From positions 92,258,001 through 92,322,000 of the forward strand of contig NC_087436.1 in NCBI RefSeq assembly GCF_036321535.1: 64,000 nucleotides of DNA, in the 5' to 3' direction. Positions 26,058 to 38,364 of this stretch are shown piece by piece. Position 1 is the first letter of the stretch, and each line of letters begins with the position of its first letter. The notes beneath the pieces were generated by a model, which was not told the origin of the DNA, did no database searches, and saw only the letters and a list, made by a program, of their open reading frames with translations. The stretch is from Camelus dromedarius. Lineage: Eukaryota. Position numbers and translations under genes: made by a program.

Positions 26058-26384
26058 CATGACCAAACAGAGATTCAAGTGATGGAGAAGAAAACATCAC
26101 TACTAAAAGGGAAGAACAGAAATGTCACCTTGCAAAGTGATGTGCACAGGGATGGGAAGAATCTGCAGCCACGTTCTCAACTTACTAGAGAGCCTTTCAA
26201 GCATCTGACACTTACCCCCCTTTGTCATCCTTTCCAGGACAAGTTCTCCCAGTTCCTGTAACAAAGTCGCAAAACCTCTCCCATGTAGGCTGCTCCCTTG
26301 TTGTATTACAAACTTGTAAGAGGCAGGGCAATGATCTTACTATCCACCCCACATGTTTTCTCTTGAGCGGCACTATTGAGTTCT

Positions 26385-26875
26385 GTATTAGTTAGGCTGA
26401 GTTTGGCTGCAAGTAATAGAAGAATCTGACTAACAGGGGCTTAAAATATAAGATTACTTACTGCTTTGCTTAACAAGAAGTCTGGAGACAGCTGATCCCA
26501 AGTGTGGTAACTCCACAGTGTCAAGGTTTATGTCAAGATCTCTGAATTTCTCTTAGCCTCGCCTGTATGGCTGCCAGAGGTCTGCCTTAGCTCTGAATAT
26601 CCTACTTTCATGTGGCCATGACCCAGGTGGGGCAAAGGAGTGGACGGAGGAGTGAGAGAGAAGTTTCCTGACTTGCTTCTGTCCTGCCATCAGGAAGGAA
26701 ATGTTTCTCAGAAAATTTTCCCACAGTCTCTGGCTAGAACTGAGCCAAACAGCTACTCTTAGGTCCACAGAGGCTTAAAGAGCAAGTTTCTGCTTGGTCA
26801 GCTCTACTGGGGGCACCAGTAAGGTAACAGCTATGGGGTATGGTTCTTGGGCAGCCAACCAAGAGTGTCAGACAC
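26385..26875 (-). mobile_element. Old MLT1 (J/K/L-like) LTR
   Basis: tgtattagttaggctgagtttggctgcaagtaatagaa...taacaagaagtctggag...gggcagccaacc. Confidence 0.7.
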
Positions 26876-27024
26876 ACCTCCTCAGAAATACATGATGTTC
26901 TGAGGTAGGCATGTGGATGCGGTCACTTTTATGTAACATATTTTTAGAGATGACGAAGCAATTTTACCCAACTCTTGAAATCAGCAAGTAATGTACTCAT
27001 TCTATAGGATAGGGCATAGAGAAA

Positions 27025-27262
27025 AGTAATTAAACATGAGACCTCTGAAATCAGACTATCTGAATTCAAACCCCAACTTTTAATTTACCAGGTGTGTGAC
27101 CATGGGTAAATTACTTAACTTCTCCTTGTCTTCCGTTCTCCATCTTAAAAATAAAGATAATAACAGTATCTAATCATAGAGTGGCAAAGATTAAACGTAG
27201 TACACTTGTTGCAATGCCTAGCACATCGTAAATATTCAACAAATATTAGTCATTACTATTAT
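27025..27262 (+). mobile_element. MIR SINE
   Basis: tgtgtgaccatgggtaaattacttaacttctc...ctcatcttaaaaataaagataataacagta. Confidence 0.8.
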
Positions 27263-27627
27263 CCCTGTGCCCGCTCCCACTATGGGATACGGTAAGGGCC
27301 AGAGACGGAACAAGGAACAATGATGTTAGTGTACATGCATTTACATGAAAATCCTGTAAGAACACAAAGGAACGACTAAAAGCGACTACCTCCGGTAGGG
27401 AGACAGAGGCTTTTTAGCGAATACCTTTTACATATTTGAATTATGAGAATGCATACTATCTAGTCAAAAAATATTAAAGTCCCCATTATGTATTTAAATC
27501 AATTAGGTCCTGATTTCACGAAATGATAAGGCAAAACATCTTCCAAAATGCTAACAGTAGTTATCTTTGGGCAACTGATTTTATTTACATATTTTTACTT
27601 TCCTGGAACTTTTCTCCTCCCCACCAC

Positions 27628-28105
27628 TGAAAGATGTCTGTGTCCGAAACTCTGGAATCCATGAATATGTTAGGTTACATGACAAAGAGGAATTAAGACT
27701 GCAGATGGAATTAAGGTGTGAACAGTTGACCTTTCATAGGGAGATGCTCCTGAATTATCAGTGGACTCAGGATCACAAGACTCATTGAATGGGGAAGAGG
27801 AGAGATGAGGAGTCAGAGGCAGAGTGATGCCATGTGAGAAAGATTCATCTGGCCACTGCTGGCTGGGGAAGGTGGGAGGGGACAGTGAACAAAGGAGGAC
27901 AGGTAGGTACAGCAGCTGGAAAAGGCAAGAAAATGGATTCTGCCCTAGAACCTCTGGAAAGGAACATGGGTAGCCCTGCCAATCCTTTGATTTTTAGCCC
28001 AGTGACTCCCTTTTGGACCTCAGATCTCCAGAATTTAAGGTAATAAGTATGTGTTAAGTTACTGTTTATGGCAATTTGTTGTAGCAGCAATAGGAAGCTA
28101 ATATG
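27628..28105 (+). mobile_element. MLT1D/E-like LTR
   Basis: atgaatatgttaggttacatgacaaagaggaattaag...ggaaaaggcaagaaaatggattct...gcagcaataggaagctaata. Confidence 0.85.
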
Positions 28106-29297
28106 TATGTCCCCCATGTTTTAAATAATGAAAATGCATTAACAATCAGAAATAAAATTTAAAGATTATATAAATACAAACTGGAAATGTGACCAGAGTA
28201 CTAAATTACATTTCCTTGGTGAGATGACACACACCATTAGCTTGTGTTTATTCAGATACATACCCTCAAGGCCCCCAGGCAATCTTCAAAAGGCACAAAA
28301 GACCATGTGTCTGCTCCCACGTGCCTGGTATTGATACAGTTCATTCCACCCATTTCCCCAGTGCTTCGTCTACTGCTCTGCAGGGAGTGGGCATGCTGCA
28401 TATGCCCAGCCTTCAACAGAAGTGCAGATTTTAGAAAAAAATAGGCAAATTAAACCGTAAAAAGGGAAGATATATCGAAAAGACTGCTGATACAACAGCA
28501 TTGTTTGAACAGCAGGAAATATTCTGAGACACTGGATAGAAATCCATTTCTAATGTGATGTACCTAGTTTTCCAGAGAACAGAAAATTGCCTGTTACAAA
28601 TGCATTGTCATGATGACAGCTGGAAACAAGAATAAAATTGCACCAAATTTCTTTGTTTTTCATTGTCCCTCTGAAACCTAGAGACCTCAAAAAGCTTTAC
28701 ATTATAGTAGCTCGACATTTTTTAAAGATGAAAAATAAAAGCAGTTGGAAAACCTTCCTTAAAGAACAGAAAGAAGTAGTTCTTATAAGAAAAGTGCTTA
28801 ATTTAAAGTTTTCCTTAAATTGTTTATTTCCTTCCCGATTACGAAAGTAATATATACTCATGGCGGAAAATTTATTGAATATGGAAAAATATATAGAAGA
28901 AAACATTAATCATTCATATGCAGAGGAAATCGTTGCTAAAAATCTTTGTTATATTTTCTCCCATTTTATGGGCTTTTTTCATATTAAATATATAGTATAT
29001 ACAATTTTGTTTTAATTTTTCTGTTAACATTAAAAATAGCTTTTAATTCAGAATACAAAATTGTACTACTGCCATAATTTTTATATTGCATAATTTTCAT
29101 ATTTGCATCCATTGTGTAGATTTAACAAAATATATTTACACTTTCCCTAGAGATGAATAATTAGGTTGCTTATAACTGTTCATATTGATAAATATTGCAG
29201 CAACCAAAAGCTTTATATGTAGATTTTTCTACATTAAGCATTGTTTCTTTAGGATCAATAAAAATGGAATAAAATAGCTTAGAATTGGAATATCTGA

Positions 29298-31019
29298 TAT
29301 TCCATGCTCTTGGATTGGAAGAATCAATATTGTTAAAATGGTCACACTGCCCAAGGCAATCTACAGATTTAATGCAATCCCTATCCAATTACCCAGGACA
29401 TATTTCACAGAACTAGAAAAAATCATAATAAAATTCATATGGAACCATCAAAGACCTAGAATTGCCAAAGCATTACTGAAGAGAAAGAAAGAGGCTGGAG
29501 GAATAACTCTCCCAGACTTCAGACAATACTATAGAGCTACAGTCATCAAGACAGCATGGTATTGGTACCAAAACAGACATATAGACCAATGGAACAGAAT
29601 AGAGAGCCCAGAAATGAACCCACAAACTTTTGGTCAACTCATCTTTGACAAAGGAGGCAAGAATATACATTGGAATAAAGACAGTCTCTTCAGCAAATGG
29701 TGTTGGGAAAACTGGACAGCAGCATGTAAAACAATGAAGCTAGAACACTCCCTTACACCATCTACAAAAATCAACTCAAAATGGATTAAAGACTTAAACA
29801 TAAGACAAGATACAATAAACCTCCTAGAGGAAAACATAGGCAAAACATTATCTGACATACATTTCAAAAATTTTCTCCTAGAAGAAATAAAAGCAAGAAT
29901 AAACAAATGGGACCTAATGAAACTTACAAGCTTCTGCACAGCAAAGGAAACCAGAAATAAAACAAGAAGAAAACCTACGGAATGGGAGAAAATTTTTGCA
30001 AGTGAAACCGACAAAGGCTTGATCTCCAGAATATATAAGCAGCTCATACGACTCAATAAGAAAAAAATAAACAACCCAATCCAAAAATGGGCAGAAGACC
30101 TAAACAAGCAATTCTCCAAGGAAGACATACAAATGATCAAAAAGCACATGAAAAAATGCTCCATATCACTAATTATCAGAGAAATGCAAATCAAAACTAC
30201 AATGAGGTATCACCACACACCAGTCAGAATGGCCGTCATTCAAAAATCCACAAATGACAAATGCTGGAGAGGCTGTGGAGAAAGGGGAACCCTCCTACAC
30301 TGCTGGTGGGAATGCAGTTTGGTGCAGCCACTATGGAAAACAGTGTGGAGATTCCTCAAAAGACTAGGAATAGACTTACCATATGACCCAGGAATCCCAC
30401 TCCTGGGCTTGTATCCAGAAGGAAATCTACTTCAGGATGACACCTGCACCCCAATGTTCATAGCAGCACTATTTACAATAGCCAAAACATGGAAACAGCC
30501 TAAATGTCCATCAACAGGTGACTGGATAAAGAAGATGTAGTATATTTATACAATGGAATACTACTCAGCCATAAAAACCGACAACATAATGCCATTTGCA
30601 GCAACATGGATGCTCCTGGAGAATGTCATTCTAAGTGAAGTAAGCCAGAAAGAGAAAGAAAAATACCATATGAGATCGCTCATATGTGGAATCTAAAAAA
30701 CAAAAACAAAAACAAACAAACAAACAAAAACAAAGCGTAAATAAAGGACAGAAATAGACTCACAGACAGAGAATACAGACTTGTGGTTACCAGGGGGGTG
30801 GAGGGTGGGAAGGGATAGACTGGGATTTCAAAATTGTAGAATAGACTACACTGTATAGCACAGGGAAATATACACAAAATGTTATGATAACTCACAGAGA
30901 AAACAATGTGACAATGAGTGTGTATATGTCCATGAATAACTGAAAAATTGTGCTGAACACTGGAATTTGACACAACATTGTAAAATGATTATAAATCAAT
31001 AAAAAATGTTAAAAAAAAA
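29298..31019 (+). mobile_element. Young 5'-truncated LINE-1 (ORF2 C-terminal third, 3' UTR, poly-A) with 17-bp TSD
   Basis: agaattggaatatctga at 29281-29297 and 31020-31036. aataaa precedes the A tail. The 3' UTR has a G-rich tract and the artiodactyl-type actgtatagcacaggga. Confidence 0.97.
29299..30696 (+). pseudogene. L1 ORF2p C-terminal fragment (thumb/wrist and CCHC domain), one premature stop
   Basis: [14 protein letters not shown]...[19 protein letters not shown]...[18 protein letters not shown]...KKM*YIYTMEYYSAIK...LICGI*. TAG at 30538-30540 replaces a conserved Trp; the native stop is at 30694-30696. Confidence 0.95.
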
Positions 31020-31783
31020 AGAATTGGAATATCTGAGCTGAAATGTAAGAATGTTTTCGAGAACTTAATACATACTGCTAAAATTCTTCCTAAAGATGTA
31101 AATTTTTATCTTTGAGCACTACTTGGGACCATCTATATCACAACTCTCATAAGCACTGAGTATTACTACTTTAAAATCTTTGTAAATTTGATAAACAGAA
31201 AATAGTATTTCCCTGTATTTATTTTAATTTATTTTTTAGTTAGGTTAAATACTTTGTTCACTTTCTATTTGTATGGCCTCTTTTGTGAATTTTCTAGTCA
31301 CATCATTTGTCAATGTGGTTTTTTAAGGTTAATTTATTAGAGTTTACAGCAGCAGGGCAGAGAGGCTGAGCAAATGACAGAAGCAAATAATTTATTATGG
31401 GGTTAGTTTCAGATCAGTTACACCCAGGGAGCATCCTCTCTGACAGCGAGAAATGGCAACCACATAAATGCTGACAAGACCCTGCTCTCTGCTTCCAGAG
31501 AAGCTCTTCCAAAAGTCACCCCAAACTGAATGTTTGCACTTCATAAAAAATGTCTAGTGAATGGCAAGAAATAAATAACTTATCTGCACTTTCCTAAAAA
31601 TTCTTTCAGGAGCAAGTTGGTATTTCCGAGGAAGTCCAGACATACCTTACCTAGGAGATCTCTAAGAGACGGACGTGGAGGTGGGCAGAGCAGGGCCAAG
31701 AGCACACGTTAGGGATGAGAAGGTCCCCTAGTCTATTGTATGTCTATGGGGATGATTCCCTTCAAAAAAGAGAGAGGGTCCCT

Positions 31784-32220
31784 AAGAGCTACCACCATAG
31801 GATGAAGAGTTGATCAGTGACTTTCACCATATATTTGTCCTCAAGAATATGAATCACAGGTGGATTTGCACTAATGGTGTTTTTAGAGTGGCTTTATAAA
31901 GTTTCCATGAATACTTTGTATATTGTTTCTTCACCCTGTTAACAGCTTGGTTTAGTTTAAGAACAATGTAATGCACACACTGGGTTTGAGGGAATTTTTG
32001 TTTATTTTTTGGTTTGAGGTTTTTTGTTTTGTTTTGTTTTTGCTTGGAAGTAGCTAAATAAATAAAACAAAATGGATGGTTTTATAAAAATGAAACTCCA
32101 CATGGAATCACAGATTCAGGGAGGCGGAGGTAGGAGAAGGGGTGTGGAGAGTGCCGGGTGCATTTTCAGGTCAAATTCTCATCCACTTGAGAATTAAAAG
32201 AAAAAAATACGTACGTCATG
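31784..32220 (+). pseudogene. Retroposed polyadenylated RNA 3' end (3' UTR-like retrocopy or orphan transduction)
   Basis: Perfect 20-bp direct repeat aaaaaagagagagggtccct at 31764-31783 and 32221-32240. ATTAAA at 32193-32198 lies 22 nt before the A run. The left junction ttc|aaaaaa resembles an L1 endonuclease site. Confidence 0.8.
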
Positions 32221-32419
32221 AAAAAAGAGAGAGGGTCCCTTATTGAGCAAGATACCCTATTGGTAGTTCTGCATGGTATCTACTCTCTGAGACTTTCACT
32301 TGGCAACTTAGAATGATACATGTGCAGAGAAATACCACTTTTTAAAGAACCCTTTAAAAAAGTAGAGATTTGTGTAAGATAGAGAACATGTAAATTATTT
32401 AGGATTACTTTGGTTTCAT

Positions 32420-32900
32420 CTAAAGCACAACAACACTAAAAATGGCTTAAACAGTAAGGGTATTATTATCTCAAATAAAGAGAAATAGCAAATTAGGCTG
32501 ATCTGAGGGGATGAATTCAGTGGCTCAACAATGACTAAACTCCATTTCAAATTTCTGTGATTTTTGGAGCTGTTTTCTTAGGGTTTTCAGACAACTACCA
32601 TAACACAGAATATCATGTCCTCAAACAACAATGTCTAATAAAATATTTAATCAGGGAAGAAAACATTTTCCAGAAGCCCACAGCAAAATTTACCTAGCAA
32701 TGGATTGGCCAAAATTGGTCACAAACCTCAACCTACACCATTAGCAAAGGGGAACAAGATTACTAAAAGTGTCTTAAACCAAACATGATTTGCCCCCTCA
32801 GCTGGGCATATTAACCCCCATCACCTAGATAAAATCTAGGCTCTGTTGGCAAGGAAGGAGTGGAAGAACGGCCTATGTATTAGCAACCAAGTGTCCACCA
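32420..32900 (-). mobile_element. Old MLT1 LTR
   Basis: aatggcttaaacagtaaggg...attcagtggctcaacaatg...ttttccagaagccc...gattggccaaaattggtcac. Confidence 0.65.
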
Positions 32901-33559
32901 TACCATGTCTTATTCAATCTGTATTTCCCCAGAATCCAGTGCAATAGAAAACAAGTATTTGTAGCTAAGTTAATAAATAAAAGCAAATTGGAAAACCTTT
33001 AGAAAATATCACAAGTACATTGCTTCTACCAAGATCATTCAAGAACCATAAAATATTATCCTATTTTAGGAGAATACTAAAAGGTAACACTCAACAAAAT
33101 AAATTTATAATTATTTCCTTGAGTGAAGAAATACGCTACATTTCACAGCATCAGACTTCTTTGAAATTAAAATACATAAACACAAGTAAATTGTGGTTTG
33201 ACAAATTTGGGTAGATCAAGTTGGAAGAAACACTTATGAGGAAATATTCAAAACTGTGCCATACAGTTTTTACCAATTACCTTCAAACTGGCACCAATTT
33301 TCATATAATTAAGCTACCTAAAAAGCACCTAATTAACAAACAACCTATTCAGTTGGTTCCCATCTCTATGCTCCATGATCATAATTGTGTTGGACCATTT
33401 TATCACACTACACCACAATTTATCTTATAAATCAGCCTCCTTCCCTCCTTTTGGAAGGTAGAGTCAGGTCATATTCAGGACACTCTGTAAAGTATTTATT
33501 TGCCCAAGAGCCAGGCACCAGTATCTACAGTGTTTCACAATATTTACGTCCCAGTTATT

Positions 33560-34140
33560 AAGTAACTCTCTCTCAGTTCCATATGCACCCTTCCTTATAC
33601 CCTGCTTTGCTACCTGGAGTTGGCTCTGCCAAGAAGGACACTAGACGGCGGCAGCAAGGCTGGAAGAGGAAACTACATGCCCTTTCCTATCTGCTTCCTG
33701 TTCCCGTGAACATCACCCCAGCATTTCTTCACCTAAGGGCAGTTCTTTCTTCCAGTAGCAGCTGAACTCAATTGGCCTTTTTTCAGCACTGGAAGAGCCA
33801 ACTTTATCAAGTCCCACTCCATCTGGAGACTCCAGCAGCAGCCAGGCAACACCCCTCTTTCTGGCTCCTCCCCCAAGCTCAGTTACCACAACCAGCTCAG
33901 CAGAACCCCTCCTCCAAGACCTGACCTTAGCTCTACTGGGTGTATCTGCAAGGACTCTAAATTCTAGTCATCCCAGCCTCGTCCCTTTGTTCCCTCCGTC
34001 CTAGCTGCTTCCTGCAATTACCACCTCCAGGAGACCTCGGAACTCTCTCTTGGCCCTTTCTGTTACCTAGTTCACAACTTTATATCTAGTTAGCAAGTGC
34101 TTATATTGACTTCCCCTGTTCAGATCCCTTGATCCTTGAC
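33560..34140 (+). mobile_element. LTR33-group ERVL LTR, diverged
   Basis: cacccttccttataccctgctttgc; cccagcctcgtccctttgttccctcc..cctagctgcttcctgcaatta. Confidence 0.5.
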
Positions 34141-35779
34141 GATTTACAAGTCCCCCCACTTAACTAGTCCATGACCCTACACATCTACACCAAATGAGTG
34201 AATACACTGGTGCCCCATTCTGCGCAAATATTGTTCCATACTGTATTTTGAGGAACTCGGGAGCCTAGTGGCACTGGAGGGAGGAGGGGAGAATGACCAC
34301 CTATGGGTGCTCTCAGCCTTCTCACTGTTGCTCTAAGCTGGCCCAGAGTTGCATCAGCAAAGTGAAACCCCTACAGTTACTTGGGCCTCTTCCTGAGAAG
34401 GTCATTTAGCAACCACCTAGTATTAGGTAAACACGCTCCTTGGGTTTTCCCACTCCTCCAACCCAAGCGCCTAACTGAGGCACCCCTTCCATTAAAATGC
34501 AATAGCCCCACTGAGGGAATTCCAGTCTCCACATTTCTCTCCCTCTTGCTATAAAGCCGCCATGGTTTACCATCCCTGAGAGTTGGTGCCTAGCCAGCTG
34601 CTCAGTTTCTCTGCTCCCTGATGCAGTTCTGCAGACAAGCACATGAGATATATTGTTCTCCAGAAAGTAGGAACTCAACCTTTCACATTTCTGAGGATTT
34701 CACCTAAAAATGAACTTCTGAAAACAACAGGCAGATGGAATCATAATAACTAACCCTGAGCCCTAAGCAGTGATGCAAGCAATAAACATGGGTTATCTCA
34801 TAGGATACAATAAAGAGGAAGGCACTGTTTTAAGCCCACTTTCCATGTAAAGAAACCAAGGCATATAGCAGTGAGGTTATTTACTTTTTTTTTTAATATG
34901 AGGATATAATCACAGACCTTCTGGCTCTTAATCTCTCTGCTATAGTCGGATACTCATACCAGACCTTGACAGTGGGCAGCTCTGATCGGGAGTCCTCACA
35001 ATTCTCCAGAGAGCAAATGCAGTCTGAGGCTTCCACTTCTTACTTGTTTTGGTTCCAAACATTCAGAAATGGCCAGTGGCTACTAAATAAGTCTGCAAAT
35101 GAAATGCTCTCAAGAAAATGTTGTTCAGCAACAGCATAATAGTGGACTTTTAAACTAGATGCACACAATTTGGCTTTAACCAATTTGGCTTCTCGGGGAG
35201 TTGTTCATGAGACTTTTACGACACAGTGCCAAGTCTTAAGGAGACTGACACAGAGGATAAGACAAAGAAACACATAATTGCGTGAGGTGAAAACAGAAAT
35301 GAAGTGTAGTAGATCCAGCACGCCTCTCCGTGAGGGCTGCTATGCATGAAGTCTTCATGCAGGTGCCAAGGCGGGAAGACGCCCAACAGCTGATGCAGAG
35401 GAGTTGAAAAGGTGGAGCAAATCTTGTTCAATTTGTATCACGTTGGACTCCCAGTATGGAATTTTACTTGAGTTTATCTTTAAAAGGACCACAAATAATA
35501 AAGAATTTAGGCAATAAGCTGCCACTATCAGGGAGTAGTCTGGAAGTTTATTATTTAGGAATATTGCAGAGGACATTCACCAGAATTTTTAGGATTTAGA
35601 GCCAAATTGTATATTGATTTTCCACTTTCTTCAATTTATTTCCACAGACAATGTTTCTAAGTAACATAAAAACCATACTATCTGAAAGAGTATTTTGATC
35701 TACACAGTACAAAGAGTTCAAAAGCAAAATATTATGAAACAGAAAGAGTGTGTATGTGTGTGTGTGCATGTGTGCGCAC

Positions 35780-36700
35780 ATGCCAGTCCTGGCCACATTT
35801 GTCCCCAGATCTATTCCCTCCCTTCCCCCTTTCTGCTGTATATAGCAAGGGGGACTGACCCCTGCAGGCTGTTCCCCAGGCTCCCCTGTCAACTGGCTGC
35901 CTGCTGAGGTCAGCCAATGAGAGGCACTGGAGATGGATGGGAGGGCTGGGGAAGGAGGGGCCAAGGCTGTGCTAACAGCACCTCTCCTCCCTTCATTGAA
36001 GGTAGGCAATGTCTTCCTGTTGCTACAAGTCTCTGAGCTACCTTGTAACCCAGCAGGACACTATGGGGCCTTCCAGGGACAGACCCCTCTGCCATATACT
36101 CTGCTGTAGCTCCTCTCTGAAATACCCACATAATAGCATCTCATGAATATTTCCTGAGTTTTTCAGATGCTAAAAACCACCACCAAATGGAAGAAATTAA
36201 CTATTTGATAATCATGAGCACGTGACCCACAGACCTTCTGGTGCCTAAGGATTGATCACTACCAACCAGTCAGAGAACTGTGCCCAGCTGACCCTGTACC
36301 CTGGGCCGCCACACTCACCTGGCTTACAAAATGCTTTGCTGAAACACTTACGGGAATTTGGGGCACAAGCCACCCATTCTCCTTGCTTGGCCCTGCAGTA
36401 AACCTGTCTTTGCTCCAAACTCCAATATTTTGGTTTGTCTGGCCTCACCGGGCACACGAACGTGCATTCCGTAACAACCTCACCATGCCCGAAAGAGCCT
36501 CTCAACTCCTTCATGGCCTGAGTAACCAAATTCAGTGCCCTCCGTCAGGGACACCAGAAGTAGTTTCCCCGTTACTGGCTGATCAGTGGTACAGAAAGGA
36601 AGGCTCCTCCAACTTTCCTATTTTTCCCCACCATGCATAAGGAGCTCCAGTTATAAAATAATTCTGGCTTCTCTCTGTCAAATGCCCATGGACCCAATGA
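35780..36700 (+). mobile_element. LTR33-like ERVL LTR, interrupted by a younger LTR
   Basis: ccagatctattccctccctt...ggctcccctgtcaactggctgcc...cagccaatgagaggcactgg. The sequence resumes after 36480. Confidence 0.6.
36044..36476 (+). mobile_element. ERV1-class solo LTR with 4-bp TSD
   Basis: Termini TGTAAC...GTAACA; acct at 36040-36043 and 36477-36480; agtaaa poly(A)-signal variant near 36397. Confidence 0.9.
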
Positions 36701-37139
36701 TGAAGGAGGAAATCCACTTGCCTGACAAGTGTGGAAGCAGAAGTCAGACACAGACAGCCCAGTCTTTTCCCCTTCCCTTCTCCTCTGGAAGTCAGTGCAC
36801 CCTCACTCAGTGTGTGCTCTGCTCAGCTCTCAGCCATGTGGTGAAAGGGAGTGGCTGTGAAGAGGATGCTTGCAGACTTCCAGGGCTGCCAATGGCTGGG
36901 CAAGTCTGCCTAATCTTAAATTTCTGCAACCACATTGTGCTTTATCAGCGTTATCAATAATAAAGGTAATATTTTGATTCCTCCATCTCTATCACGCCTA
37001 TTTCCTATATATCAGTTAGTTCAGAACTCAGACAGAGGACGAGGGCACTTATTGGGGCCCCTCAGAAACCCAGCATACATAATATTCATATATGGTATAT
37101 TCTAATTAATCCTATTGCTAAGTCACTAGACCAATTAAA

Positions 37140-37380
37140 AATAGCAGCTAATCCTGTAGGTTACAGTGTGCCGACAATTATTCTAAGTGCTTTACATATA
37201 ACTCATTCAATCCTCAAATACAGTATGTATTAAGATTCCTGTTTCAGAGCCAAGAGAACTGAAACACAGAGATATTACAGAACCTGCCCAAAGTCACACA
37301 GATAATAAGTGGTAAGATCTATAATCAAACTCCGAAAGTTGGGCTGCAGAATCTGTACTCTGAAGCATCATGCTATGCTG
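37140..37380 (-). mobile_element. MIR SINE
   Basis: ctaagtgctttacatataactcattcaatcctca...ctgaaacacagaga...cctgcccaaagtcacacag. Confidence 0.8.
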
Positions 37381-37948
37381 CTCACAGCTTAGATTTTAAC
37401 AAAAGATTCTGAACTTCATCTAATGCGATTTAATTTTCAGTCTTAGATATGCTGTTTTCAAATATCTCACGGAACACAGCAAACCTTCAGTTTTGCCCCA
37501 CCTCAACTTTGATATAGAATTCTGTGTTATTTCCCTCTCCAAGAAGAATCCATTCCCACTAAAGATACTACTAAGCAATGCAGATTTTACCAAAGATTTC
37601 ATAAAGGAAATGGAAAAAGAGATTTGCATCAAATAGCCACTGGCAAACTACAGTGATTTTTGCAATGGACACATTCCTAAAGACTCCAATCATTCTACTC
37701 TGGCAACTTGAAAGACAATTATCCCACAGAAATAAATATAAAACCTTGCCTCCAATCCCCTGTAATTCTAGCACTCACCCACGCCACACACAAAAGCTTC
37801 CATCCTTTATTACACTCTGCAATTTACTTCTGCTTCCGCCTCCAGACCTGCTTACCTTACCCCTACCATGCAGTTCAACAAAGATCTCCCAGCCACAGGG
37901 GCCTGCCCTTCTTAGAAAAAGGAAGAAGTGGACAGAAATAGGTTAATA

Positions 37949-38364
37949 CAGTGTTGTGTTGGGGACCCTTTATACCAGCTTGCAAAAGCCAGTTGCTAAA
38001 TTTCCAGGAATTCTGCACACAGTTCTTAAACACAGCTATCACAAAAAAACTAAACTACATAAACTTACAATAAACAAATGGCACTGAAACAAAGATAATA
38101 CTCAAGTTGACTACTTCCTATATTTTACTATATTTTACATTTCTCTCTGCTCTAGAAGTTACTTACATTTATTGTATCTGTCTGGTGAGAATATTATATA
38201 AGTGTTCTGTGTATCATTTCCTAGCTCTGTGTTCAATTATGTCATTATCAGTAGCTTGAAATGAGCCATGGTGGGAGTATTTATGCCATGGAAATGGGCA
38301 AAAGTTACAAATTAAAGAGGTTTTTTGGAGAGCTTATTGTTAAACTTTTACCAGCACACCACTA
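37949..38364 (-). mobile_element. Arthur1-like hAT-Tip100 non-autonomous DNA transposon
   Basis: Terminal inverted repeats cagtgttgtgttgg (37949-37962) and ccagcacaccacta (38351-38364) fit the recalled CAGTGGTGTGCTGG terminus. Confidence 0.75.

Noticed and set aside
29634..30194. 186-aa hydrophobic minus-strand ORF (and 29473-29670)
   Set aside because: It is antisense to L1 ORF2. The A-rich sense strand routinely gives such Phe/Leu-rich shadow ORFs.
29338..30540. 400-aa ORF as a host gene or active reverse transcriptase
   Set aside because: It is a 5'-truncated L1 fragment with no endonuclease, no RT catalytic core, no promoter and a premature stop.
35044..35092. 49-bp minus-strand exon candidate
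   Set aside because: Splice signals are only moderate and nothing else supports it; treated as background pseudo-exon.
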